A stretch of DNA of 64,000 nt. Source: Heteronotia binoei (lineage: Eukaryota). Each line of letters opens with the position of its first letter. Positions within the stretch are counted from its first letter, which is position 1. The notes under the pieces were generated by a model that saw nothing but the letters and a program-made list of their open reading frames with translations, was not told where the DNA came from and did no database searches. Below, in pieces: positions 46,699 through 55,362 of this stretch. Location: assembly GCF_032191835.1 (NCBI RefSeq), contig NC_083226.1, positions 89,900,001-89,964,000 on the forward strand, given 5' to 3'. Made by a program: the position numbers and the translations under genes.

Positions 46699-48228
46699 AT
46701 GGCACCAAAAAAGGGACAGGGCAAGTCCAAGGGCAAGCAGCCTGCTCGCCCACCCCGGGGGCGGGGTCAGCAAGGAGCCCCATCCGAGGATCAGGGCAAT
46801 AGTGAGCGGGTTCGTCTCGCCATCATGAGTCAATTAGATGCCCTCGAACAGGAACGTGTGGCCAGGGGTGCCCCCATTTGGGAGGGCCGTCGCCATGCCA
46901 CCGGCCGGTTGGCGCGGCTGACTTTTGAATCTGAATTGCTTGCAAGGCTGTCTGCTTTACAGGGTGGGCAGTCGGAGCCTGAAGCGCCGCTGGAACCTGA
47001 CCAAGAGGAGGATCCAGGCAAAGGCCCATCGGGCATGCCATCGGGCGACGCGGCATCTGGAAGCGGGGGGCCGCAGCCCCCTGGAGGTTCGGGCGTCTTT
47101 CCGGGTGATAGTGGTAAGCCCCTTGCTTTGCCTGTTCAGGGTTGGCCTTGGGGCCCCGTCCAGCCAACCCCCCATCTGCTGGGGGTGAACGCGGTGGGGT
47201 GGGGGCCCGGGTGGTTAGGTGCCAATGAACAGTTGGGCCCCGCTCAGCCGTGGGCTTGGGGTTTGCATTCTCCCAGCTTGATGTCTAGTGCAGTTTCTGC
47301 CCCTATTGGTCAGCAGGTGGGCGCTGGGGCGCCTCCGGCAGCCCCTCCCTCACTGCCCACACCAGGCATTTTGCCTTGGGGTGGTCAGCAGGGGGCACAG
47401 TTGCAGGGGACGTGGCCTGCAGCTCAAGGGGGTGGGTGGTTCTATCCCCCGAACCCCTATGCAAGTATTCCTTTTTATGCTCTCCCTTATGGCGACACTT
47501 CCTTGCCTTTGGGGGACCATCTGACGGCGTCCACGCGTGAGAAAATTCTCCGCGGGGAGTACGTGGATGTTTTTGGTCTCTTGTTTAGAGAGCTCGAGAA
47601 GAAAAGTAAGGACGAGCTCGACGACAGGGACAAGGAAAAGCTTAAGCGTAGGAAGATTGACAGGGCCTGGGCAAATTGGCTGCCTGGTTTCCTGATCTAT
47701 GCCGGGGTCATCGCAAGAGCACAGCCGGCTAGGGCGGCGGCCCTCTTTCAGTATATAGACATAGTCTATAGGGCCTATACGGACTTCGCCGGTGCAGCGT
47801 GGCTGCAATACGACAAAGCTTTCCGGATGCGTGCCGCCGTCAATCCTGGAATGCCGTGGGACCAAATAAATCAGCAGCTGTGGTTGCAGCTGATGGCCCC
47901 AGCAAAACCTAATGCTGGGGAAAGGTCCGATAGTGGCCATTTGGTGCAGAGATCACAGCAACAGCAGACAACCCCAGGTGCCCGCGTTTCCGCGGGCCAG
48001 CCGGTTCAAACCCGGTTGGTGTGCTGGGAGTTCGCTTCCAAGGGGGTCTGTCCCAGGAAGCCCTGTAAATTCCGTCATGAATGTCCGCTGTGCAGTGGGG
48101 CCCACGCACTGTCGGCCTGCAGTCGATCAAAGCCTGGAGCTGGTGGTAAGCGCCCCGGGGGTGGTGGCGGCGGTTCACAGCCTCCTGGAAAAGGGGCCCA
48201 GCCCCATCCGCCTGCCGGCTCTCAGTAG
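46699..48228 (+). CDS. Ngaro ORF1, Gag-like (509 aa) with C-terminal CCCH + CCHC zinc fingers
   Basis: ATG-initiated and uninterrupted; CWEFASKGVCPRKPCKFRHECPLCSGAHALSAC; conserved middle block EYVDVFGLL...WLQYDKAFRMRAA...WDQIN..LWL. Confidence 0.9.
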   Translation: MAPKKGQGKSKGKQPARPPRGRGQQGAPSEDQGNSERVRLAIMSQLDALEQERVARGAPIWEGRRHATGRLARLTFESELLARLSALQGGQSEPEAPLEPDQEEDPGKGPSGMPSGDAASGSGGPQPPGGSGVFPGDSGKPLALPVQGWPWGPVQPTPHLLGVNAVGWGPGWLGANEQLGPAQPWAWGLHSPSLMSSAVSAPIGQQVGAGAPPAAPPSLPTPGILPWGGQQGAQLQGTWPAAQGGGWFYPPNPYASIPFYALPYGDTSLPLGDHLTASTREKILRGEYVDVFGLLFRELEKKSKDELDDRDKEKLKRRKIDRAWANWLPGFLIYAGVIARAQPARAAALFQYIDIVYRAYTDFAGAAWLQYDKAFRMRAAVNPGMPWDQINQQLWLQLMAPAKPNAGERSDSGHLVQRSQQQQTTPGARVSAGQPVQTRLVCWEFASKGVCPRKPCKFRHECPLCSGAHALSACSRSKPGAGGKRPGGGGGGSQPPGKGAQPHPPAGSQ

Positions 48229-49810
48229 GTTATTGGAGGCATACCCGAGCAGGGCTGATGCCCGATGTTTACAGGATGGATTTACTCTGGGGTTTCGGAT
48301 TCCGTACAGGGGGCTTAGGGCCCCCTTTTTAGCCCCCAACCTAAGATCGGTTGTTGGGCTTGAACATGTGGTTCAGGATAAAATAGCCAAAGAATGTCAG
48401 GAAGGCAGGGTCCTTGGACCCTTCGATGCGCCCCCGGTGCCCACATTGAGGGTATCCCCGTTGGGGGTGGTGCCCAAGAAGGCTGCGGGTGAGTATCGGA
48501 TTATCCACCACCTGTCTTATCCTAGGGGAGCTTCGGTGAACGATGCTATTCCTGAGGAACTTTGCTCAGTGCGCTATACTTCATTTGACCAAGCGGTCAA
48601 AGTAGTTCGCGGCTGCGGGGTTGGGGCGGAGTTGGCGAAATGCGACATTAAGTCTGCATTTCGTCTCTTGCCCGTCCACCCCGATGATTTTGAGTTATTG
48701 GGTTTTTCCTTTGAAGGGAAATTCTATATAGACCGGGCATTGCCGATGGGATGCTCCATTTCCTGTGCAGCGTTCGAGCGGTTCAGTTCCTTTTTGGAAT
48801 GGGCGCTCAGGGTTAGGACGGGGGTTAACGACACGGCGCATTACCTGGACGACCTCCTTTTCGTCGGTCCAGCTGGATCTGGTCAGTGCGCCAGGTTGTT
48901 ACACTCCTTTCAGGAGTTAGCCCTCGAACTTGGGGTGCCACTGGCACACGAAAAAACCGAGGGCCCCAGCACAGTCCTTACTTTTTTAGGCATTGAGCTG
49001 GATACTCTCCAGCAGACATCACGTTTACCGGGGAATAAGGTCTCTGACCTTAAGGGCCGGTTGGCCACCTTGAAGGGGCAGCGTAAAGTTTCCCTGCTAG
49101 AACTGCAGCAGGTGGTGGGCCACCTTAACTTTGCTTGCAAAGTGGTGGCCCCAGGCAGGGCCTTTTTGCGACGCTTTTGCGACGCCATGGTCCGGCTGCG
49201 CCTCCCCCACCATAGGGTCCGGGTCAATGCTGGAATGAGAGCTGACCTGGAGGTTTGGGAGGAGTTTCTGGAATCCTTCAACGGTGTTTCCTTCTGGAGG
49301 GAGGACCTGAAGATTGAAGCAGAGCTTCAGATTTCTTCAGACGCGTCCGGTGCCAGCGGTTTCGGGGTATACTTTAGGGGCCATTGGTGTGCTGAGCAAT
49401 GGCCTGCTGAATGGTTGGATAGCGGGCTCTGTAGAGATCTCACGTTTCTGGAATTTTTTCCCATCTTGGTGGCCGTTTGCCTGTGGGGAGAGCAGCTTGC
49501 CAACCATTCAGTTCTGTTTTGGTGTGATAACATGGCCGTAGTACATGTTATCAATTCCTTGACTTCTAAATCGACGGCGGTCATGAATCTGGTTAGGTTT
49601 TTTACCCTACGTTGCCTCCGGTTGAATGTTTTATTCCTGGCCAGGCACGTACCGGGTGTATGCAATGGTGTGGCGGATGCTCTGTCTCGCCAACAGATGG
49701 AGCGTTTCCGGCAGTTGGCCCCAGAGGCAGATGCATGTCCGGCGGAAATGCCCGCGGAGCTCTGGAGGCTTGAGAAAAGGAAGCCGGTAGGGCCATTCAG
49801 TTGGCGCTAG
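47912..49810 (+). CDS. Ngaro ORF2, reverse transcriptase + RNase H (open frame; first ATG at 48077)
   Basis: VSPLGVVPKK, YRIIHHLSYP, KCDIKSAFR, LPMG, YLDD; RNase H SDASG, LEFFP, CDN, NGVADALSR; overlaps ORF1 in the +1 frame. Confidence 0.95.
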   Translation: MLGKGPIVAIWCRDHSNSRQPQVPAFPRASRFKPGWCAGSSLPRGSVPGSPVNSVMNVRCAVGPTHCRPAVDQSLELVVSAPGVVAAVHSLLEKGPSPIRLPALSRLLEAYPSRADARCLQDGFTLGFRIPYRGLRAPFLAPNLRSVVGLEHVVQDKIAKECQEGRVLGPFDAPPVPTLRVSPLGVVPKKAAGEYRIIHHLSYPRGASVNDAIPEELCSVRYTSFDQAVKVVRGCGVGAELAKCDIKSAFRLLPVHPDDFELLGFSFEGKFYIDRALPMGCSISCAAFERFSSFLEWALRVRTGVNDTAHYLDDLLFVGPAGSGQCARLLHSFQELALELGVPLAHEKTEGPSTVLTFLGIELDTLQQTSRLPGNKVSDLKGRLATLKGQRKVSLLELQQVVGHLNFACKVVAPGRAFLRRFCDAMVRLRLPHHRVRVNAGMRADLEVWEEFLESFNGVSFWREDLKIEAELQISSDASGASGFGVYFRGHWCAEQWPAEWLDSGLCRDLTFLEFFPILVAVCLWGEQLANHSVLFWCDNMAVVHVINSLTSKSTAVMNLVRFFTLRCLRLNVLFLARHVPGVCNGVADALSRQQMERFRQLAPEADACPAEMPAELWRLEKRKPVGPFSWR

Positions 49811-50676
49811 CTCCTAGTACAAGGAGGGCATATGCCAGAGTGACCGCTCAGTTTGGTGAGTTCAGGAGGGCTCTTGCTCTCCCGGAGCGCTGGCCGATTC
49901 CTGTGGTGCACATCATGCGATTTTGCGTGCACCAGAAGGAAAGAGGCTTGGGGTTAAAAACCATAAGGGGACATTTGGCAGCATTGGCCTTTGAAAGCAA
50001 GGCCCGCGGCCTTGTTGAGTCCACGGGGGACTTTAGAGTTAAGAAGATGCTAGAGGGCTGGGCACGGGAGCGGGTCCGGCAGGTAGATGACAGACAGCCC
50101 ATATCCCCGTCGGTCCTCCGTGGATTGTTTGGGGGTTGGCCTAGTGTCTGCTCTTCCCCATTTGAGTCGGCATTGTTCCACGCTGCCTCGCTGTTGGCCT
50201 TCTTCGGGGCCCTGCGCGTAAGCGAGCTGGTAGTGCAGTCAAAGGCTGACACTTCTGGGAGGGCGCTCCAATCCGGAGATGTAAAAATTACCAATAGTCA
50301 GCTGATTCTGACGATTCGCCGGTCCAAGACTGATCAGAGGCAGAGGGGAGCCATCATCACGATCGGCATGTGTGCAACGCAGGAATTATGTCCGGTTAGG
50401 GCTGTTCGTCGCTACGCCCAGCTCAGGGGCGAGGTCCAAGGTCCTTTTCTTAGGCATGATGATGGCTCCCCTCTTACCAAATATCAGTTTTGGTCGGTCA
50501 CAAGCAAGGCCCTGGTTCGATTGGGTCTCACGGGCGTCAAATTCGGGACGCATTCCTTCCGGATCGGGGCGGCCTCCACAGCCGCTGCTATGGGCTACAC
50601 GCCCTCTGCCATTCGGCATATCGGCCGATGGTGGTCGGCGGCTTACAAGTCCTATGTACGCCCCCTGGTCACCTAG
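49801..50676 (+). CDS. Ngaro ORF3, tyrosine recombinase (ATG at 49735 is cut off by in-frame TGA at 49771)
   Basis: Catalytic set FFGALRVSE (R), RSKTDQ (K), HSFRIG (HxxR), GRW (W), YKSY (Y); N-terminal LAPSTRRAY. Confidence 0.92.
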   Translation: MALAPSTRRAYARVTAQFGEFRRALALPERWPIPVVHIMRFCVHQKERGLGLKTIRGHLAALAFESKARGLVESTGDFRVKKMLEGWARERVRQVDDRQPISPSVLRGLFGGWPSVCSSPFESALFHAASLLAFFGALRVSELVVQSKADTSGRALQSGDVKITNSQLILTIRRSKTDQRQRGAIITIGMCATQELCPVRAVRRYAQLRGEVQGPFLRHDDGSPLTKYQFWSVTSKALVRLGLTGVKFGTHSFRIGAASTAAAMGYTPSAIRHIGRWWSAAYKSYVRPLVT

Positions 50677-50718
50677 CAGGTAGGCGGTGGGTTGGTTTAT
50701 TGTTTTGCGCATGTCATG

Positions 50719-50741
50719 CTGACTGTTGTTTGTTTTTTCAG
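50719..50741 (+). promoter_or_regulatory. 3' splice site (branch point CTGAC + U-rich tract + CAG|G)
   Basis: CTGAC 50719-50723, TGTTGTTTGTTTTTTCAG 50724-50741. Confidence 0.75.
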
Positions 50742-51337
50742 GTGCTGTGGCTCGTGGTGAGAGAAGGTGGGTTCTCATCTGCGGGCACAGCATGGTTTTT
50801 TGGGCTGCCCATTTCGCCAGACAGTCTCCTGTGGGCACCCAGCTTGGTCTCGGTGCGTGGGCCACTGTGGAATGGCTGGGTCGTCGGGGGCTGCGTTGGC
50901 CCGGGATCATGCCTCTGTTGTTCAGGGAACGGAAGGCGTTACCTCCACACATTCTTGTCGTTCATTTGGGAGGGAACGACTTGGGATTGCTGCGTGGGAA
51001 GGCTCTTTCCCAGCAGGCGTTGGCCGACCTCCGCGAAATTCGGCGCAGGTGGCCTGGGGTTATATTGGTGTGGTCGGCAATTTTGCCGCGCAGGGTGTGG
51101 AGGTACGCCTTTTCGCCGGGTGGAATTGAACGGGCCAGACGTAAGGCCAATAGGGCCATTCAGAAGGCCATGGAGGAGGGACTAGGAATTTTCCTCCCTC
51201 ATCCGGCCATACGGGTCGACCAAGGCGACCTGTATCGGCCTGATGGTGTTCATTTATCGGATTTGGGCAACCGGGCCTTTTTAGATGAAATTCGGCAGGG
51301 GGTGCGGCTGGCTCTGGGCCACCCGTTGGGGCGCTAA
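50742..51337 (+). CDS. Ngaro ORF4, SGNH/GDSL-type hydrolase, probably a spliced terminal exon
   Basis: Block I GHS, block II Gly, block III HLGGND, block V DGVH; preceded by branch point and TTTTTTCAG acceptor. Confidence 0.88.
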
Positions 51338-51366
51338 TGCCTAAGCAGAGGCTTGGCATTGGCGGT

Positions 51367-51765
51367 GGCTGGATGAGGTTTGGCCACAGGGTTTCCCAGG
51401 GGAGCACCTATGGCCTAGCACCGTTGGTGCGGTGGTCTGCAGGAATCGTAGATGGGCTAAACGGCTCAGTACGGTGATGCAGATCACAGGGAGCCTCACC
51501 TGGGTGGATCTTTCCATGGGGATTGATGCCAGCCCGGTTGGTGATGGCTGGAGGCCTGGCCGCTCAGTTACAACCCGATTTCGGCGGGTTTGTGCTGGGG
51601 GCAGGGTGGCTCGCCCTTTGGACAAGGCGGGGTCCAGGTGTTGACCCCAGGGCTTGTCTGGTCTGGTTTTCCCCCCCTGCCAGTTATATTTGTTAATTCT
51701 AATAAAGCGGCCCGGTTTAAAACCCAACAATTGTGTCTGCCTCTTCTTTCCGACTGGGGGGGCAA
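51367..51765 (+). repeat. Ngaro repeat B1 (399 bp)
   Basis: Matches 52110-52508 with 3 substitutions; AATAAA at 51701-51706. Confidence 0.97.
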
Positions 51766-51947
51766 TGTCCGGCCCCTTCCCAGCCGAGCCAGCTTGCAGG
51801 CTATAGGCTGGGGGCCGTCTTTGCATCCCCGGAAGGAGGGAGGGGCAGCAGCATCACCCGACATACGGGTGTTTTAGCAAGGCGTGGAGGTGGGGCTTTA
51901 TAAGCCCCGGCTCCCGCCTCACTACGCAGTTTGTTTTCGGCTCTCTG
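51765..51947 (+). repeat. Ngaro repeat A2 (183 bp)
   Basis: Identical to A1; abuts B1 and shares one A. Confidence 0.97.
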
Positions 51948-52109
51948 CCCGCCCACCCTTCTCATTGGCAGTACAGGTGTATGCCGGTCGCCTTTTGGGG
52001 CCAGGTAGGAATTTTTTCACTCCCGCACAATTGGCCTATGCGGGGGTGTTTTTCGCCTACCTTGTACTGCCTAGTAGGCTGAGTTTTGTCAAGTATTAGT
52101 TTGGTCGCA

Positions 52110-52508
52110 GGCTGGATGAGGTTTGGCCACAGGGTTTCCCAGGGGAGCACCTATGGCCTAGCACCGTTGGTGCGGTGGTCTGCAGGAACCGTAGATGGGC
52201 TAAACGGCTCAGTACGGTGATGCAGATCACAGGAAGCCTCACCTGGGTGGATCTTTCCATGGGGATTGATGCCAGCCCGGTTGGTGATGGCTGGAGGCCT
52301 GGCCACTCAGTTACAACCCGATTTCGGCGGGTTTGTGCTGGGGGCAGGGTGGCTCGCCCTTTGGACAAGGCGGGGTCCAGGTGTTGACCCCAGGGCTTGT
52401 CTGGTCTGGTTTTCCCCCCCTGCCAGTTATATTTGTTAATTCTAATAAAGCGGCCCGGTTTAAAACCCAACAATTGTGTCTGCCTCTTCTTTCCGACTGG
52501 GGGGGCAA
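52110..52508 (+). repeat. Ngaro repeat B2 (399 bp), with polyadenylation signal
   Basis: Matches B1; AATAAA at 52444-52449; ends GGGGGGGCAA at the right junction. Confidence 0.97.
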
Positions 52509-52806
52509 ACTGTCTTATTTCCCCCCTTTCTTGTACATGAATATATTTTACCGATTTGGTGGAGTGCCCAAAACCAATTCCTTAGCACATTTGTTGAACA
52601 GAGTACAATCTTCATTTCATACTTTAATAACTCAAAGATAGCATAGTTTCGCTCCAGAATGTATATGGTTGCCTGTTACTTGTAGACTGCTCCTTGAAAA
52701 TGCAGATCTTATTTTTTTTTTATTTGATACAATTCAAAGTTTTACTGCACTAAGTATACAAGATGGTTTCTATAGAGCACAGTCTCAGCTCAGTATTATT
52801 TTCCAG

Positions 52807-52993
52807 TATGAAAGTAATCAATTGAGAAGTGGTTATTCTGACAATTCAATGGATATTATTGCAGAAATGAAGTAATGCAGAGCTGTAGATTGCAATCTAT
52901 GAATAATTTATTCTGGAACAGTTAAATGTAGAATACCACAGAGTAGTGCTCTCTTCAGAGACCAAGAACCGGATAACAATGCATGTCAGGAGG
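52807..52993 (+). CDS. Candidate pair of small host exons (52807-52871, 52959-52993), gene unidentified
   Basis: TTTTCCAG and CTCTTCAG acceptors, GTAATG and GTATGC donors, 87-nt intron; phases are compatible (YESNQLRSGYSDNSMDIIAEMK-DQEPDNNACQE). Confidence 0.25.
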
Positions 52994-54617
52994 GTATGCT
53001 TTGCTCAGCCCTCCCAATATGCATGGTTACAATGTTGTCTAACCAAGGGTTACCTACCACATGTATCAGGGGAATATCCCTGAGGTTGCCAGTTTCCCAG
53101 TACATGTGGATTATAACATCTAAAGAACTTTAATGTCTTTCTTGTTTTGGAGCCAATGCAGGGCAGGTTATTCCATTAGATAGGGTAAAGCAGGTTGCTC
53201 AGATGGAAGATTCGGGGGACCTGTATGACAACAAATGTTAATTCTTCCATTTATTTTTTATCTTTTACCATCTATTAATTTTTCTGCCCCAAGCATCAAA
53301 GTATCTGGGGTAATTGCTGACCCAGTGACTGTGATCTGGCAGCTGGTGCTTTCTCTGAGTCAGTTATAAAATGGCCTGCCTTTGCAAATCCATGCCTTCT
53401 ACTATAGCCACAGGACAGGCTCTCTGGGGCTTGGGAGTGCCCATAACACTCCTTGCCTTGGTACAGTGAATGATTACTTGTTCACTTTTCACAAAAGATG
53501 AAAATTATTAAATAAATATTGCATTAATATCCAACTATATATTCCTGTATGCAACTGCTGAATAAGTGAGTATATGTAGTAGAGCTGACAAAGATAAATG
53601 AGATGAATTTAAGGACTTCTGTCTTTTTCTTTTTTTTTTGCTTGACAGCATTTTCCACAACATATGTTCAGCACTCTCTGGGTTATTACAGAGCACAAGG
53701 GCTAATCAGGTAGAGAGATTCATGAACAGTTAACTAGAATGCATCACAATAATTTGTAAGCATGGTCAAATAATGTATTCATCATTTTGATTAGTCTTAG
53801 AAAATGACAAGGTTTGTTTGCCATTGGGATTGCAAAAGAAAATACCTCTTAGCTTTCTGTAGCCAAAATAAAAGGAGTAGGAAGAAAAAGAATGAGCTCA
53901 TTGTTGTGGCCCTGATATTGATTAAGTCTGGTGAGAGCTTTATTTTTGAAATATATTGTGGTGGTGTTTTTTTTTTTAAAGAAAAGGACAATATTATGTA
54001 TCATCATAGACATCAAGCGCCTCATCCTGCCCTGAAAACTCTATTAATGGGAAACCATTCATTTGCCAAATACCACTTCTCTTTGAAAAGGTTAAGTGAA
54101 GATGATTGCTGAAAGAAACTCTTGGCTTTCTGTGTGAATGAAGTAACCACCAGTAAACATTTGACACACTGATTTCACAACTACTTTCCAATCACATTTG
54201 TAAACAGATGTCTGTATCTAAATCAGCCCCACAATACATCAGTGAATATACTGTTTTTTCTTGCAAGAGATTTCTGTGGAATTTACACAGGCTACTGGAG
54301 ATCCACTTTTATGCCATATACTTAAATGTGCCAAAGGCAGAAAGAGAAATAATTTAACAGTCAGGCTCCTTTGCTATATTTACTGCTGGTTCAGTGATCT
54401 GCTTACAAAAGCTTCAGAATGGCAATAGCAAACTTGACCTTATGTATTTCCTCTGCACATTAATCCAGTTGGAAACAGAAATTGTACTAAATAAGCTGCC
54501 AAAATAATTTTCATATTTTTAACAAGTTTTTAACAAGTATTCCATTTCTATTTCAGACTCTGTTTTCAAGCTCACTTCAGACCTTCCTTGTTTGCTGAAC
54601 AGGTTTTTGTCTAGACA

Positions 54618-54754
54618 NNNNNNNNNNNNNNNNNNNNNNNNNNNNNNNNNNNNNNNNNNNNNNNNNNNNNNNNNNNNNNNNNNNNNNNNNNNNNNNNNNN
54701 NNNNNNNNNNNNNNNNNNNNNNNNNNNNNNNNNNNNNNNNNNNNNNNNNNNNNN
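54618..54754. other. Assembly gap (137 N)
   Basis: Run of N. Confidence 1.
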
Positions 54755-54925
54755 AGCCTGATTTTGTTAGGTCTCAGAAGCTAAGCTGGGTCAGCCCTGG
54801 TCACTATTTGGGTGGGAGGCCACCAGGGTCACTAAGGAGAGTCAGGCAATGACAAACCACCTCTGAATGTCTCTTGCCTTGAAAACCACATGGATTCACC
54901 ATACATTGGCTATAACATGATGGCT
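54755..54925 (+). mobile_element. 5S rRNA-derived SINE (5' part in gap)
   Basis: TCTCAGAAGCTAAGCTGGGTCAGCCCTGGTCACTATTTGGGTGGGAG, same family as 31636. Confidence 0.75.
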
Positions 54926-54929
54926 CAAC

Positions 54930-55315
54930 TATTAACAGGAGCTACATAGTGCATGTGAATCACTCTCATTCTGCAGACCCTCCAATGGCTGACCATCTGT
55001 TACTGGGCTTAGTTTAAGGTATTGGGTATCACATACAAAGCCATTCATGACCTTTGTCCCTTTTACTTGTGAGACCACATCTCTCTCTGTTCTACCATGA
55101 AAAGGCATTTCGTGGTACATTTCTAGGTGCCAACCAGCAAATGGGCAAAATCAGCAACTGCCCATATATTCGCTTTCTCTGTTGTGGCTCCTGCCTTGTA
55201 CACAAGTTTGCCCAAGGAGGTCAGGGAAGCTCCCACTCTCCTGGCTTTCCACAAACTATGCAAAACTGAATTATTCAAGAGGACTTTTATGTGCAGGTAA
55301 TAGAGCTGCATTGTT
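54930..55315 (+). mobile_element. Degraded L2 3' fragment
   Basis: ITLILQTLQWLTI...FKVLGITYKAI frame; AFSVVAP-like region and 3' end. Confidence 0.65.
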
Positions 55316-55362
55316 TAAAATGGTTTTACAAACTTAAAACTTTGTAAAAATGGTTTTACAAA

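Larger units (their letters stand above)
45696..52508 (+). mobile_element. Full-length Ngaro-group tyrosine-recombinase (DIRS-order) retrotransposon
   Basis: Split direct repeats A1-ORFs-B1-A2-spacer-B2; Gag, RT/RH, YR and SGNH ORFs; no TSD; high GC/CpG against AT-rich flanks. Confidence 0.96.

Noticed and set aside
46823-52473. Numerous antisense and alternate-frame ORFs inside the Ngaro element (e.g. 47350-47940, 50386-50952, 50490-51185, 51341-51826)
   Set aside because: Expected by-products of high GC content and overlap with real ORFs or repeats; no recognisable motifs.
45696-52508. GC-rich block with an integrase-like gene as bacterial or phage contamination, or a prophage
   Set aside because: It has eukaryotic splice, TATA and poly(A) signals, Ngaro-type RT/RNase H and split direct repeats, and joins AT-rich lizard DNA seamlessly on both sides.
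51367-52508. APOBEC-type hypermutation as the cause of B1/B2 differences and the YR stop
   Set aside because: Only 3-4 changes, one explained by CpG decay and one C/T in another context; too few to infer a signature.
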